Positions 38,126-47,287 of a stretch of 64,000 bases of DNA are shown piece by piece (the first letter of the stretch is position 1; every line of letters begins with the position of its first letter). The DNA comes from Candidatus Saccharimonadota bacterium. Its GTDB lineage: Bacteria; Patescibacteriota; Saccharimonadia; Saccharimonadales; UBA10212. The stretch lies in NCBI GenBank assembly GCA_025934715.1, contig JAICWR010000002.1:152-64151 (forward strand), in the 5' to 3' direction. Below the pieces are notes generated by a model. It was given only the letters and a program-made list of their open reading frames with translations, was not told the DNA's origin and did not search any database. The position numbers were made by a program, and so were the translations under genes.

Positions 38126-38202
38126 GCCCCGGTAGCTCAGTTGGATAGAGCAGGAGACTTCTAAGCTCAAGGTCGCAGGTTCGAATCCTGCCCGGGGTAC
38201 CA
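38126..38202 (+). tRNA. tRNA-Arg(TCT), imperfect anticodon stem
   Basis: Normal acceptor, D and T arms; GGAGA-CT-TCT-AA-GCTCA. Confidence 0.85.
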
Positions 38203-38262
38203 ATTTTGACCTGTTTGGACTATTATTCTATTAGGTTCTAAAAACAAAAATAAAACTAAAAA

Positions 38263-39363
38263 ATGCCCAAAAAGTTAATTGCTTTATGGATTAGCTACCG
38301 GACGCATCATCTCACAAAAGCTCTAGTGGAGTGCGTTATAGGAGTAGTTCTTTTAAGTTTACCGGTTGTATCAACGGCCGCGCTTATTAGCAGTTCGCAT
38401 CATAAACCACTAGCTAGCCAACCTGTAGCGTCAAAAAAAGTCAACAAGCCGAAACCAAGAGCAGTAGTCGTTAAGAAAAAGCCTGCCCCCAAAAAATCTA
38501 CTCCGGTGAGTGAAAAGGTGGCCATAGCTTCGCCGCCGGTTTCAAAATCCAAGCCGGCGCCTATACCTGCCGCCCAGCCCGCGCCAAGCGGCGGGGCTAA
38601 AAAACTGACACCCGCGCCTAAAACCAAGCCTTCGTCGGGTAATAGTTCTTCATCCGGCTCGTCAACATCCTCCACAGGTGGCGGCAGCTCCTCATCGTCG
38701 GGCACTAACAGCCAGACGCCGACTTTCGCCACTGGCGGGTTCACTTCCACAAACTGGGCAGGCTATGTGGCGACGGCCGGAAGCTACGACAGCATATCAG
38801 GTTCCTGGATCGTGCCGAGCGCCACCGGCAACGGCTCGTCCACGACCGCTGATGCCAGCTGGATTGGAATCGGGGGAGTGTTTTCCAGTGACCTCATTCA
38901 AACCGGTACTTTAAATACAGTTTCCGCGAGCGGGCAAGCATCGACTTTCGCCTTCTACGAACTGCTGCCCGACACAGCTTTGGAAATACCTTCAATCTCC
39001 GTCAGTCCCGGCAACAACATGGCCGCCACCATTAACGAGACATCAGCCGGTGTCTGGACAATAAGCATCAGCGACATTTCGACCAGCCAGACCTTCACGA
39101 CAACAGTTAATTACACTTCCAGAAATTCGTCGGCGGAATGGATTGAAGAAGACCCCAGCTTTGCCAATGGCAGCCTGGTGCCATTTGACAACTTCAGTCC
39201 GGCGGCTTTTACGAATGGGGCTGTAGGAGTTAGCGGTGTCCCAAATTCCATATCAACTGCCGGAGCATCGCCTATAACGTTGGTGAGCCAAGCAGGGAGC
39301 CCATTAGCAAAGCCGACGATATTAACAACTGACGGCGCCGGATTCAGCGTTTACAGGCAGTAA
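38263..39363 (+). CDS. G1 family glutamic endopeptidase (peptidase A4/eqolisin-like), membrane-anchored or secreted
   Basis: STNWAGY, WIGIGG, LIQTG, SSAEWIEE; K/P- and S-rich linker. Confidence 0.9.
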   Translation: MPKKLIALWISYRTHHLTKALVECVIGVVLLSLPVVSTAALISSSHHKPLASQPVASKKVNKPKPRAVVVKKKPAPKKSTPVSEKVAIASPPVSKSKPAPIPAAQPAPSGGAKKLTPAPKTKPSSGNSSSSGSSTSSTGGGSSSSSGTNSQTPTFATGGFTSTNWAGYVATAGSYDSISGSWIVPSATGNGSSTTADASWIGIGGVFSSDLIQTGTLNTVSASGQASTFAFYELLPDTALEIPSISVSPGNNMAATINETSAGVWTISISDISTSQTFTTTVNYTSRNSSAEWIEEDPSFANGSLVPFDNFSPAAFTNGAVGVSGVPNSISTAGASPITLVSQAGSPLAKPTILTTDGAGFSVYRQ

Positions 39364-39373
39364 AGCCTCGCCT

Positions 39374-40282
39374 TTAGATCAATTTGCCATAGACGACAGT
39401 GTTGTCGCTGTAACGCATAGTTTGGGGATTGAAGGTGCCGCCGCAAGTTAAGAGCCGGATGCCCGCATAGTTGATATTACCGTAGACCTCCTGGGTGGGG
39501 AAGCTGTCGCGCGGCAGTTGTTTTATACCCATCACTGCGAACCTAGCGGTTGTGCCGTCCTCGCGCGTGACATCAATTTCACTACCGGTTTTAAGCTCGT
39601 GCAGCCGCCAAAAAATGGCCGGGGCCGTCCAGGTGTCTAAGTGCCCGGCAATAATAGCCGGGCCGATTTCGCCGGGAGTGGGCCCGTATTTATACCAGCC
39701 GGGTATGCTGGGCCACGATGGCATCTCGATAGAACCGTCCGGGTATCGGCCCAAAGGTATAAGTTCCGAATTGAGCTGTATGGACGGAATAATAAGTCGC
39801 TCTGGAACAGACCGGGGCATAGATTTGGGCGGTTGGGGGCGTACCGCGGCTGAGGCCACAGCTTTATGAATTGATATATCATGCACGGCGCCCTTAGAAG
39901 TTGAAAAATGATAATAAAAGCCAAGATTAAGGCCGAGAGCCAGTAGCACCGGGAAAGCCCACCGTAAAACCCGGCGAGGATGGTGGACTTCTTCTTTTTT
40001 GGCGTACCGGCGCCAGGTTTGCTTGGGAACCTTTGCAACGGCGATTTCTTTGAAGGAAAAAATCCTAAACCTAAATACCTTCTGCCAATAGCGCTGGGAA
40101 CGCAGTTCCGGCTTGGTCCGGAAACGCCTTAATGTGATTTGAAGTTTTGATGAAAGGCTTAAAGGCAGCCTAATCTGCTTGGCCCTGGGTCGTTTCAGCC
40201 GCTGGCTGGGGCGCCAGGAACCGGACAATCCCTGTTTTGCGGATCGCCCGGTTAATTTAAGCTGACGCTGTGAGCCCGGCAT
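39374..40282 (-). CDS. Class F sortase with long basic N-terminal extension
   Basis: GWY..GPTPGEIGPAIIAGHLD, RLLTCGG. Confidence 0.92.
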   Translation of the reverse strand: MPGSQRQLKLTGRSAKQGLSGSWRPSQRLKRPRAKQIRLPLSLSSKLQITLRRFRTKPELRSQRYWQKVFRFRIFSFKEIAVAKVPKQTWRRYAKKEEVHHPRRVLRWAFPVLLALGLNLGFYYHFSTSKGAVHDISIHKAVASAAVRPQPPKSMPRSVPERLIIPSIQLNSELIPLGRYPDGSIEMPSWPSIPGWYKYGPTPGEIGPAIIAGHLDTWTAPAIFWRLHELKTGSEIDVTREDGTTARFAVMGIKQLPRDSFPTQEVYGNINYAGIRLLTCGGTFNPQTMRYSDNTVVYGKLI

Positions 40283-40299
40283 TTTTTACCTTTGCAGTA

Positions 40300-40899
40300 T
40301 CACCAAGCCCTAGCTAGTGATGTCAGGCTGAAGTCGCTGATTCCGCCGCCGCCGCCATTGGCGCTGCCGACGGGAACTTGCGACACTTGGCTTTGGGCCT
40401 GGCCAGTTGCACCTAAGACCTGGCCGCCGGAAGTGGTGGTCGTACCACCGCCACCGCCCTGGCCGCCGCCGCCGCCGCTACTGCTATTGCTGCCAAAGCA
40501 GCCGCTGCTGATGACTAGGTTAGCGTGACCGTTACCGAGACTGCCAGTGAACGTGACATGTGCCGACACCGTACTGGTCGTTGGCTGCCCTGTCCCCGAG
40601 AAAGCTGTGTCAATAGTCCAGCTATGGCCGTGCTGCGACATTGCGCCCCCACCGGAGGCATCGCCGCTCACCGACAAAGTGGCTGAAGAGACCGAGCTAT
40701 TGCCACCTGTGGTGAAAATCCAGTGCAAGAAAGGTGTCTGACTCGATGAACAAGCCTTGACAGAATCAGCACCTTGGCCCGTCCAGTTGACTGTGCCGTT
40801 AGCGTGGCTGACACCGCCTAAAGCTGCCAGCGGTATAGCCGCCAAAGCAGCTGAGACCACGAACTTAATAGTGAAAGCTTTAATTTTTTGTATAACCAT
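40300..40899 (-). CDS. Secreted protein, probable class F sortase substrate
   Basis: Signal peptide, Cys pair, G-rich linker, GQVLGA, VPVGSANGGGG; SD GAAGGAGG. Confidence 0.8.
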   Translation of the reverse strand: MVIQKIKAFTIKFVVSAALAAIPLAALGGVSHANGTVNWTGQGADSVKACSSSQTPFLHWIFTTGGNSSVSSATLSVSGDASGGGAMSQHGHSWTIDTAFSGTGQPTTSTVSAHVTFTGSLGNGHANLVISSGCFGSNSSSGGGGGQGGGGGTTTTSGGQVLGATGQAQSQVSQVPVGSANGGGGGISDFSLTSLARAW

Positions 40900-41111
40900 A
40901 AATCCTCCTTCCGGACATTGAGGCCCCTAAAACCTCTGCCCATTACCCCACAGTTACCACGCCAGCATAAACTAGAAATCCGCTTTAATCTGTGATTTTA
41001 GTTACTAATTTTGCCAGGTGTTCAAATTGTGTTAAAGGGAGCAAGTTAGACCTAAATGATAACGAATTCGATTTAAAAAATAGAACGCTTATGCCTTATA
41101 ATTAACTTTAA

Positions 41112-41351
41112 ATGCATGGCGACAGGCTTTTTGATGTGACTGAATATGACCCCAATATTTCAATCGCCGACAGATTGCAAAGTGTCCATGAGGTTTCACG
41201 GGCGACGGTAGCGGAAAATGCCGCACGGGAGATAAAACGCATGCCGCCATACTTACAAGACAAACTTGCTGCTTTGGCGGCCGGCTCAACAATTGTCATC
41301 CATGGCGTTGAATTTAATGCCCGCGAAATTAATCCTTTAGCGAGTCGCTAG
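41112..41351 (+). CDS. Hypothetical protein
   Basis: TATAAT upstream; 79-aa ORF. Confidence 0.55.
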   Translation: MHGDRLFDVTEYDPNISIADRLQSVHEVSRATVAENAAREIKRMPPYLQDKLAALAAGSTIVIHGVEFNAREINPLASR

Positions 41352-41389
41352 TTTTATAGTCTGGTTCCTAGTATAAGCACCCCTGTTAC

Positions 41390-41429
41390 GGCAAGAATGG
41401 CTCAGTTGGTTAGAGCATCGGGTTGTGGT
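41390..41429 (+). pseudogene. 5' half of a tRNA-His(GTG), truncated after the anticodon loop
   Basis: GGCAAGAATGGCTCAGTTGGTTAGAGCATCGGGTTGTGGT; intact D-arm; tRNA-type promoter/leader upstream. Confidence 0.85.
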
Positions 41430-41483
41430 TTTATAGAAACCCATCTCCTTTATATTTTAGCTCTAGGTTGATAGACTTATGAC

Positions 41484-41978
41484 ATGCCCACAGTTATTTG
41501 CCGTTCCTGTGGCAGACAGTTTTATGCTAAACCGAGTTGGCTTAAAGCTGGCTGGGGGAAATACTGCTCGCTAAAGTGTAGTCATGAGGCGCAGAGGAAT
41601 GGTGCTCGTTTCCGGTGCGATGTTTGCGGCGGAGAGATTTATAGGAGCCAGAAGAATCAAAAGCGTTCTGTAAGCGGGAAGTTTTTCTGTAGCAAGTCCT
41701 GTCAAACCAAGTGGCGTAACTCAACGTATATTGGTTCCAGCCATGCAAATTGGAGAAACGGTGAATACTCTTACCGAGATGCCCTTCGACGAACTGAACT
41801 TCCGCCTGTATGCAAGCGGTGCAGGAGCGACGATTTCAGAGTCTTAATCGCTCATCATAAAGATAGAAATCGCCGAAATAATTCCCTTAACAACTTGATT
41901 TGGTTGTGCCACAATTGTCATCACTTGGTACATCATTATAAAAATGAGGCCAAGGACTTCGTGGTGCCTGTAGCTTAG
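41484..41978 (+). CDS. HNH endonuclease with N-terminal Cys-rich zinc-binding repeats (homing endonuclease-like)
   Basis: Two CxxC...[YF]CSxxC units; CKRC...HHKDRNRRNN..NNLIWLCHNCH. Confidence 0.92.
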   Translation: MPTVICRSCGRQFYAKPSWLKAGWGKYCSLKCSHEAQRNGARFRCDVCGGEIYRSQKNQKRSVSGKFFCSKSCQTKWRNSTYIGSSHANWRNGEYSYRDALRRTELPPVCKRCRSDDFRVLIAHHKDRNRRNNSLNNLIWLCHNCHHLVHHYKNEAKDFVVPVA

Positions 41979-42040
41979 CTGGTCAAAGCGTCGGGTTGTG
42001 GTCCCGAAGATCGAGAGTTCAAATCTCTTCAGGCACCCCA
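41963..42040 (+). tRNA. tRNA-His(GTG)
   Basis: G-1, GTGCCTG/CAGGCAC acceptor stem, C73, TCGGG-TT-GTG-GT-CCCGA, CCA. Confidence 0.96.
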
Positions 42041-42046
42041 GGATTT

Positions 42047-42583
42047 ATGAACAGAAGTATTAACCCTTTTTCGTGGCCGGTCGGCCACAGCAGCCGGCAG
42101 CCACGCAGCCAAGAAGAACACAATAAGTTCATCTTACAGACGGTCCAGCCCGGCCTGGCCGGGCTGATGGACGGCTCCGTATCAACCTTGGCGCCGATTT
42201 TTGCGGTGGCGTTCGCCACACACCGGCCTCATTATGCCTTTGTCACAGGTATCGCCGCGGCGGTCGGCGCCGGCATCAGCATGGCGTTCGCCGAAGCTTT
42301 AAGCGACACCGGGGAGCTGACAGGCCGCGGCCGCCCCCTCCGCCGCGGCGTGATAATCGGCGCCATGACTTTCATCGGCGGTATCTTTCACACGCTGCCC
42401 TTTTTATTCAGCAACATCAACCATGCCTTAATCGTCGCCTACCTGGTGGTGGGCGTTGAGCTAATGGCTATCGCCTACATCCGCTATAAATACTTCGCGA
42501 TGCGTTTTTGGCTGTCAATTTTACAAGTGGTGGTTGGCGGCGGCCTGGTGTTTGCCGCCGGGGTTCTTATCGGATCCGGTTAA
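42047..42583 (+). CDS. VIT1/CCC1 family membrane protein
   Basis: GLMDGSVSTLAPIFA, GAGISMAFAE; true ATG lies after the tRNA. Confidence 0.88.
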   Translation: MNRSINPFSWPVGHSSRQPRSQEEHNKFILQTVQPGLAGLMDGSVSTLAPIFAVAFATHRPHYAFVTGIAAAVGAGISMAFAEALSDTGELTGRGRPLRRGVIIGAMTFIGGIFHTLPFLFSNINHALIVAYLVVGVELMAIAYIRYKYFAMRFWLSILQVVVGGGLVFAAGVLIGSG

Positions 42584-43227
42584 GTTTGGAATAAACGCAA
42601 AATCACAATCGTCAAAATCGGGATCGCTAAATTATCGAGGCCGAAAAGCGATATGCTCTCCACGGCGGTCAGCAGCGGCGGTAAAAGTAGCAGCAGGTAA
42701 TAGTAGCTTTGGAATTGGAACACGTTGTGGGCAGCCAGCAGGCCGGCGGTCAAAATCTCCACCGATGCAATCCAAAATATCATCGAGCCAATGATCGTCT
42801 TTTTATACCCGAACACCCTATATTCCCAGCGTTTACCAATCGATATTCCAGCCACAGCCGCCAGGCCGTCGGCCAAAGCCACCTCCAAAATCGCCACGGC
42901 GAAAAATATTTTGTTGTGGGTGATAATGGCCGATATGAAAATGGCTAAAGCCAGGAAGATGTCGCCGTAAGTCACCCGGTGGACAAAACCGTTATACTTC
43001 AGAAGGTTCCGGAAACGGCCAACAATCATAACCAGCAGCATCAATATGCTCAGAACCTGGATGGCCCGCCAGCTGATCAGCCAAGGCCAGAAAGCGATGA
43101 AGCTTCCGGCGGTGATGTGGAAAAATTTACGGTGGTACTCGCCCCTTAGAACTTTGTGTTTAGCCAGTGAATCCGCGATCAGGAGAAGCACAGCCAATCC
43201 GGCAATACAGGCAATAACCGTAAGCAT
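42580..43227 (-). CDS. Phytol/dolichol kinase-like (CTP-dependent) membrane protein
   Basis: RKFFH, ADGLAA, KKTIIGS, GLDNL. Confidence 0.85.
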   Translation of the reverse strand: MLTVIACIAGLAVLLLIADSLAKHKVLRGEYHRKFFHITAGSFIAFWPWLISWRAIQVLSILMLLVMIVGRFRNLLKYNGFVHRVTYGDIFLALAIFISAIITHNKIFFAVAILEVALADGLAAVAGISIGKRWEYRVFGYKKTIIGSMIFWIASVEILTAGLLAAHNVFQFQSYYYLLLLLPPLLTAVESISLFGLDNLAIPILTIVILRLFQT

Positions 43228-43263
43228 TATTTAAAATTGTACTCCTATTTTTTATATTTTTTG

Positions 43264-43378
43264 CAGTTAGACCGCTTGGCTTGAGGATAAGCCAAGCGGA
43301 AAAGCAGCGGCAATACAAGGCTCCGCTAAATTTCAGCCACTTGATTGCTGAAATTTCTAGCGGGGCTGATATTAGCTG
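43264..43378. repeat. Multi-hairpin element downstream of tRNA-Pro(CGG)
   Basis: CCGCTTGGCTT/AAGCCAAGCGG and AAATTTCAGC/GCTGAAATTT stems inside a closing stem. Confidence 0.55.
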
Positions 43379-43383
43379 ATGCG

Positions 43384-43460
43384 TGGTCGGGGTGACTGGA
43401 TTTGAACCAGCGACCTCACCGTCCCGAACGGTGCGCGCTACCGGGCTGCGCCACACCCCG
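43384..43460 (-). tRNA. tRNA-Pro(CGG)
   Basis: CACCG-TT-CGG-GA-CGGTG; CCA. Confidence 0.97.
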
Positions 43461-43534
43461 CCAACAGGGGTAATTATATCAGAGATATCTCTGTTTTTTG
43501 ATATAATCCCTCTGAGCCCAACTGGAGAAAAGAC

Positions 43535-44497
43535 GTGAATTTTTTAGAGCGACTCGTACATAGAATAGACACTTTCCAGAGGAACCATAAATTCCCGGGG
43601 TTTTTGTATGCGGTGCAGAAAAAATATGGTGACGACAACGGCGGCCAGCAGGCCGCTATGCTGACTTACTATGGATTTTTGTCGCTGTTCCCGCTTTTAT
43701 TAGTGGCCGCATCCACCTTGCAGTTTGTCCTGCATTCGCATCCTGGCATCAGGGATGATGTCATCCGGCACGCCACCCAATACTTCCCCGCGCTAAGCGA
43801 CCAGCTGCAATCGAATGTCAAAAGCCTTAACGGCGCCGGAGCCGGTCTGGCTATCGGTATCTTGCTGACCCTCTGGGGAGCAAAAGGTGTTGCCGACGTC
43901 TTTCAATCGGCCATGAACCATATATGGGGTATACCCAGGGTGGAACGGCCGGGCTTTCCTAAGGGCCCGCTCAAGAGCCTAGGAATTGTGGTTGTCGGCG
44001 GCCTAGGATTTATAGCTGCCTCGTTCTTATCGGGCTTTGCCACCGGGCTGGACAGGATATTCATCCTTAGGCTCGTGCCTATCCTAATCGCCGTGGCTGT
44101 GCTATTTGGCCTGTTTTGGTTTTTGTTCAAATGGGGGCTGGCCCACTCATCGAATGTGACGCACCGCCCGCTGGTCATCAGCTCCCTGGCAGCAGCAATT
44201 TTGATTGAGGCGCTCCAAATCATTGGCGGTTATTTAGTGAACCACCAATTAAATAACTTCAAGCACTTATACGGCACATTCGCGGTGACTCTGGGGCTTT
44301 TATTTTGGATTTATTTACAGGCCCGGGTGGTGCTTTACGCCGCGGAAGCCGGAGTGGTCGACAGTAAGACGTTATGGCCGCGAAGCTTAGTGCAGGAGCA
44401 CTTAACCGATGCTGACAAAAGGGCCTACGGCCGCCAGGCCAAAAAGGAAAAGTTCGTCCCGCCCGAAGACATAGACGTCGACTTCCAAAATAAATAA
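43535..44497 (+). CDS. YihY/virulence factor BrkB family membrane protein
   Basis: AAMLTYYGFLSLFPLLL; YGTFAVTLGLLFWIYL. Confidence 0.9.
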   Translation: MNFLERLVHRIDTFQRNHKFPGFLYAVQKKYGDDNGGQQAAMLTYYGFLSLFPLLLVAASTLQFVLHSHPGIRDDVIRHATQYFPALSDQLQSNVKSLNGAGAGLAIGILLTLWGAKGVADVFQSAMNHIWGIPRVERPGFPKGPLKSLGIVVVGGLGFIAASFLSGFATGLDRIFILRLVPILIAVAVLFGLFWFLFKWGLAHSSNVTHRPLVISSLAAAILIEALQIIGGYLVNHQLNNFKHLYGTFAVTLGLLFWIYLQARVVLYAAEAGVVDSKTLWPRSLVQEHLTDADKRAYGRQAKKEKFVPPEDIDVDFQNK

Positions 44498-44519
44498 CTG
44501 CTATAATTACCTCTGTTGC

Positions 44520-44643
44520 TTTTCCAATTTTGCGTATCGGGGCGTTAGCGGCCGTACGCAAAGTTGAGAGAAGGAGGCGAGCCGAGGCTGAAAGTGAGCA
44601 ATCGCAAGCGTGCTCACGGAAGCCGGCACCTCGACTCCGACGA
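44520..44643 (+). repeat. Structured ~124-nt element abutting the tRNA-Pro(TGG) 5' end
   Basis: Homologous to 1578-1699 on the minus strand. Confidence 0.8.
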
Positions 44644-44720
44644 CGGGGTGTGGCGCAGTTGGCTAGCGCGCCGCGTTTGGGACGCGGAGGCCGGAGGTTC
44701 AAGTCCTCTCACCCCGACCA
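44644..44720 (+). tRNA. tRNA-Pro(TGG)
   Basis: CCGCG-TT-TGG-GA-CGCGG; CCA. Confidence 0.97.
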
Positions 44721-44745
44721 AAAAATACTTAACTTGTTAAGTATT

Positions 44746-46200
44746 TTATTTTGCGAACTCTACCGCCCTTGTTTCTCTTATGACGTTGACTTTGATTGTA
44801 CCGGGGTACTGCATCGTTGATTCAATTTTGTTGGCGATGTCGCGGGCCAGCCGGATGGCCGATAGGTCGTCGACTGACTTTGGCTGGACAAACACCCGGA
44901 CTTCGCGGCCGGCGCTGATGGCGTAGGCCTTCTCGATGCCATCAAAACCGAGCGCGGTGTTTTCCAAATCTTTCATGCGCTCGGCAAAGTTCTCGGCGCT
45001 GACATTGCGAGCGCCGGGCCGGGCTCCCGAGATAGCATCTACTACCCGCACAATCAGCCCCTCCACACTGGTCGAGTCCATATCGTCGTGGTGCTGCTCG
45101 GCAGCTGCGGCGACTTCCTCGGGGGCTCCATATTTGCGCAGCATTTCACCGCTGATGTGGTGGTGTTTACCTTCGACTTTATGGCTAAGCGCCTTACCCA
45201 TGTCATGCGTCAGGGCGGCATACTTGGCGGTTTTAACGTCGGCCCCCAGTTCCTCGGCTAGCACTCCGGCCAGCTGGGCCATTTCGACCGAATGTTTAAG
45301 TACGTTCTGGCCGTAGCTGGTGCGATACTTCAGTTCGCCCATCAGCTGCAGGATTTCCTTAGGTATGCCAACCAGCCCAACTTCGCGGGCGGCGTCTTCG
45401 CCAGCCCGGACGACGTCTTTTTGGACCTGTTTTTGGGCTTTTTCGACGATCTCTTCGATCCGGCCGGGGTGCACCCGCCCATCCTTAAGCAGCATCTCCA
45501 TAGTCTGGCGGGCAATCTCGCGCCGCACCGGGTCGAAACTGGACAGCACGATCATGCCGGGAGTTTCATCGACTAAAATATCGACGCCGGTGGCCCGCTG
45601 TAGCGCCTGGATGTTGCGGCCTTCTTTGCCGATGATACGGCCTTTCATTTCTTCGTCATCCAGTTTCACAGCCGTGACTGTGCGCTCGGCTGTCACTTCG
45701 CTGGCCATCCGTTCCATGGTTGTGGCCAAAATCACGGCTGCTTGCCCTTCGGCATCTTCTCTGGCTTCGTTTTGCAATTTGTTAACCAAACCAAGCAGGT
45801 CGTTTTTAATGTCGCGCTCAGTCATGGCCATCAGTTTCTCGGTGGCTTCAGCTTTTGTAAGCTTAGCGATTTTCTCCAGCTTTTCCTGTTGCTTGCCGCG
45901 TATCTCGCGGATTTCATTTTTAAGATCTTCGACCTCGCCTTCGCTTTTGCGAAGAACTTCTGTGCGCTTGTCTAGGTTGTCTAGCTTTTTATCTAGTGAT
46001 TCCTGGCGAGACAATAAGCGGTTTTCAATTTCTTTTAGTTCGCTTCTGCGTTTTTGCTCGTCTTTCTTAACTTCTTCGATCCGCTTTGCCGCGTCTTCCT
46101 CGGCTTTTTTAATTGCCTCAGCCGCGTCTTTTTTAGTCTGGACCAGTTCTTTTTTAATTTCGTCAATAACCTTACCGGTAAATAAATCCAGTAGTGCCAT
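44746..46200 (-). CDS. rny: Ribonuclease Y
   Basis: Coiled coil, KH domain (GRIIGKEGRNI), HD domain (HDMGK), GREVRVFV. Confidence 0.96.
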   Translation of the reverse strand: MALLDLFTGKVIDEIKKELVQTKKDAAEAIKKAEEDAAKRIEEVKKDEQKRRSELKEIENRLLSRQESLDKKLDNLDKRTEVLRKSEGEVEDLKNEIREIRGKQQEKLEKIAKLTKAEATEKLMAMTERDIKNDLLGLVNKLQNEAREDAEGQAAVILATTMERMASEVTAERTVTAVKLDDEEMKGRIIGKEGRNIQALQRATGVDILVDETPGMIVLSSFDPVRREIARQTMEMLLKDGRVHPGRIEEIVEKAQKQVQKDVVRAGEDAAREVGLVGIPKEILQLMGELKYRTSYGQNVLKHSVEMAQLAGVLAEELGADVKTAKYAALTHDMGKALSHKVEGKHHHISGEMLRKYGAPEEVAAAAEQHHDDMDSTSVEGLIVRVVDAISGARPGARNVSAENFAERMKDLENTALGFDGIEKAYAISAGREVRVFVQPKSVDDLSAIRLARDIANKIESTMQYPGTIKVNVIRETRAVEFAK

Positions 46201-46400
46201 ATAGTCCTCCTCTTAAAGAAGACCTTTCGTCTGTCCTAGTTTTTGGCGATCACTATCACTTCTTTAGCTAAAATACCGGACAGTTTAGGGTTTTCAGATA
46301 TTAGTAAAATTGAACGGATTTATCCTTGTCCGCCAAAATTTTTTAAAATTTCGGCGGCCCAAAACTCACTTCAAAATCCAAAAATATAATATCACGATTC

Positions 46401-46793
46401 TCACTTTTTAGGCTGAGTGGTACGGGGCGGCGCGCCATATTGCAGGGTCGCGATTTTATCATTCTTGCCGGCTTGTAAATCTTTTATGGATTTTTCCAGC
46501 CAGTTTTTGCCGCCGCGGGACACGATGGGAATAGCCTGCGAATAGGCCAGGGCATTCGCCACGCTCACGCCTATTCTCAGTCCGGTGAAACTGCCCGGGC
46601 CTTTAAAGACAGCCAGCCCGTGCAGGTCTTTATAGGAAATACTTGACTTGTTAAGTATTTCTTCGATTTTGCCGTTGAGGGTTTCGGCTAGCTTTAAGTG
46701 GGCCTGCCACTTTAACGCGTTTATTTTCTTTTTACCTTCATATACATATAGTTCAGCTTCAGGTTGGTCGGTGCGAATAGCCAGGACCATCAT
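46401..46793 (-). CDS. tsaB: t6A biosynthesis protein TsaB (short, single-domain form)
   Basis: GPGSFTGLRIG. Confidence 0.9.
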   Translation of the reverse strand: MMVLAIRTDQPEAELYVYEGKKKINALKWQAHLKLAETLNGKIEEILNKSSISYKDLHGLAVFKGPGSFTGLRIGVSVANALAYSQAIPIVSRGGKNWLEKSIKDLQAGKNDKIATLQYGAPPRTTQPKK

Positions 46794-47287
46794 GGTTCAA
46801 CCTCCTGCCAAGCAGTCTCCATCGCAGCAAACACCTCCCTTTCGCTCTCGGGGTAGCTAAAAGTTATCCGTCGTTCTTCGGAGTTGCCGCTAGCCGGCTT
46901 TAGTTCGATGCTGATACGCCCCTCGGGAAGCACATTCGCAGCAATATCAGCCCATTCAACCACGGTCACAGTTTGGCTGCTGCTGATTGATTCGGCCAGC
47001 TGGTCAGCCATCACACCAGCGTCATTCAGCCTATAGAAATCGAAGTGATTGATTGTGAATTCCGGCGCCTGATAAACCCGGCTGAGAGTGAAGGTTGGGC
47101 TGGCGACCTTTGCTTTGCTGCCGGCGCCGCGCGCCAGGCCTTTGACAAAAGTCGTCTTGCCGCCGCCCAGGTCCGAGCGCAATTCTATGGCCTCCCCGCC
47201 TTTTAGCCGCTCACCCAGCAGTTCGCCGAGCTTCTCGGTTTCGGCGGAGCTTGTAGAAGAAGTTTCCCAAATCATGGCGGTACTCAT
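46790..47287 (-). CDS. tsaE: t6A biosynthesis ATPase TsaE
   Basis: DLGGGKTT, SPTFTL, HFDFYRL, VEW. Confidence 0.93.
   Translation of the reverse strand: MSTAMIWETSSTSSAETEKLGELLGERLKGGEAIELRSDLGGGKTTFVKGLARGAGSKAKVASPTFTLSRVYQAPEFTINHFDFYRLNDAGVMADQLAESISSSQTVTVVEWADIAANVLPEGRISIELKPASGNSEERRITFSYPESEREVFAAMETAWQEVEP

Noticed and set aside
41390-42040. tRNA-His interrupted by a group I intron encoding the HNH
   Set aside because: The downstream tRNA is already complete, the spliced acceptor stem would not pair, and there is no room for a ribozyme core.
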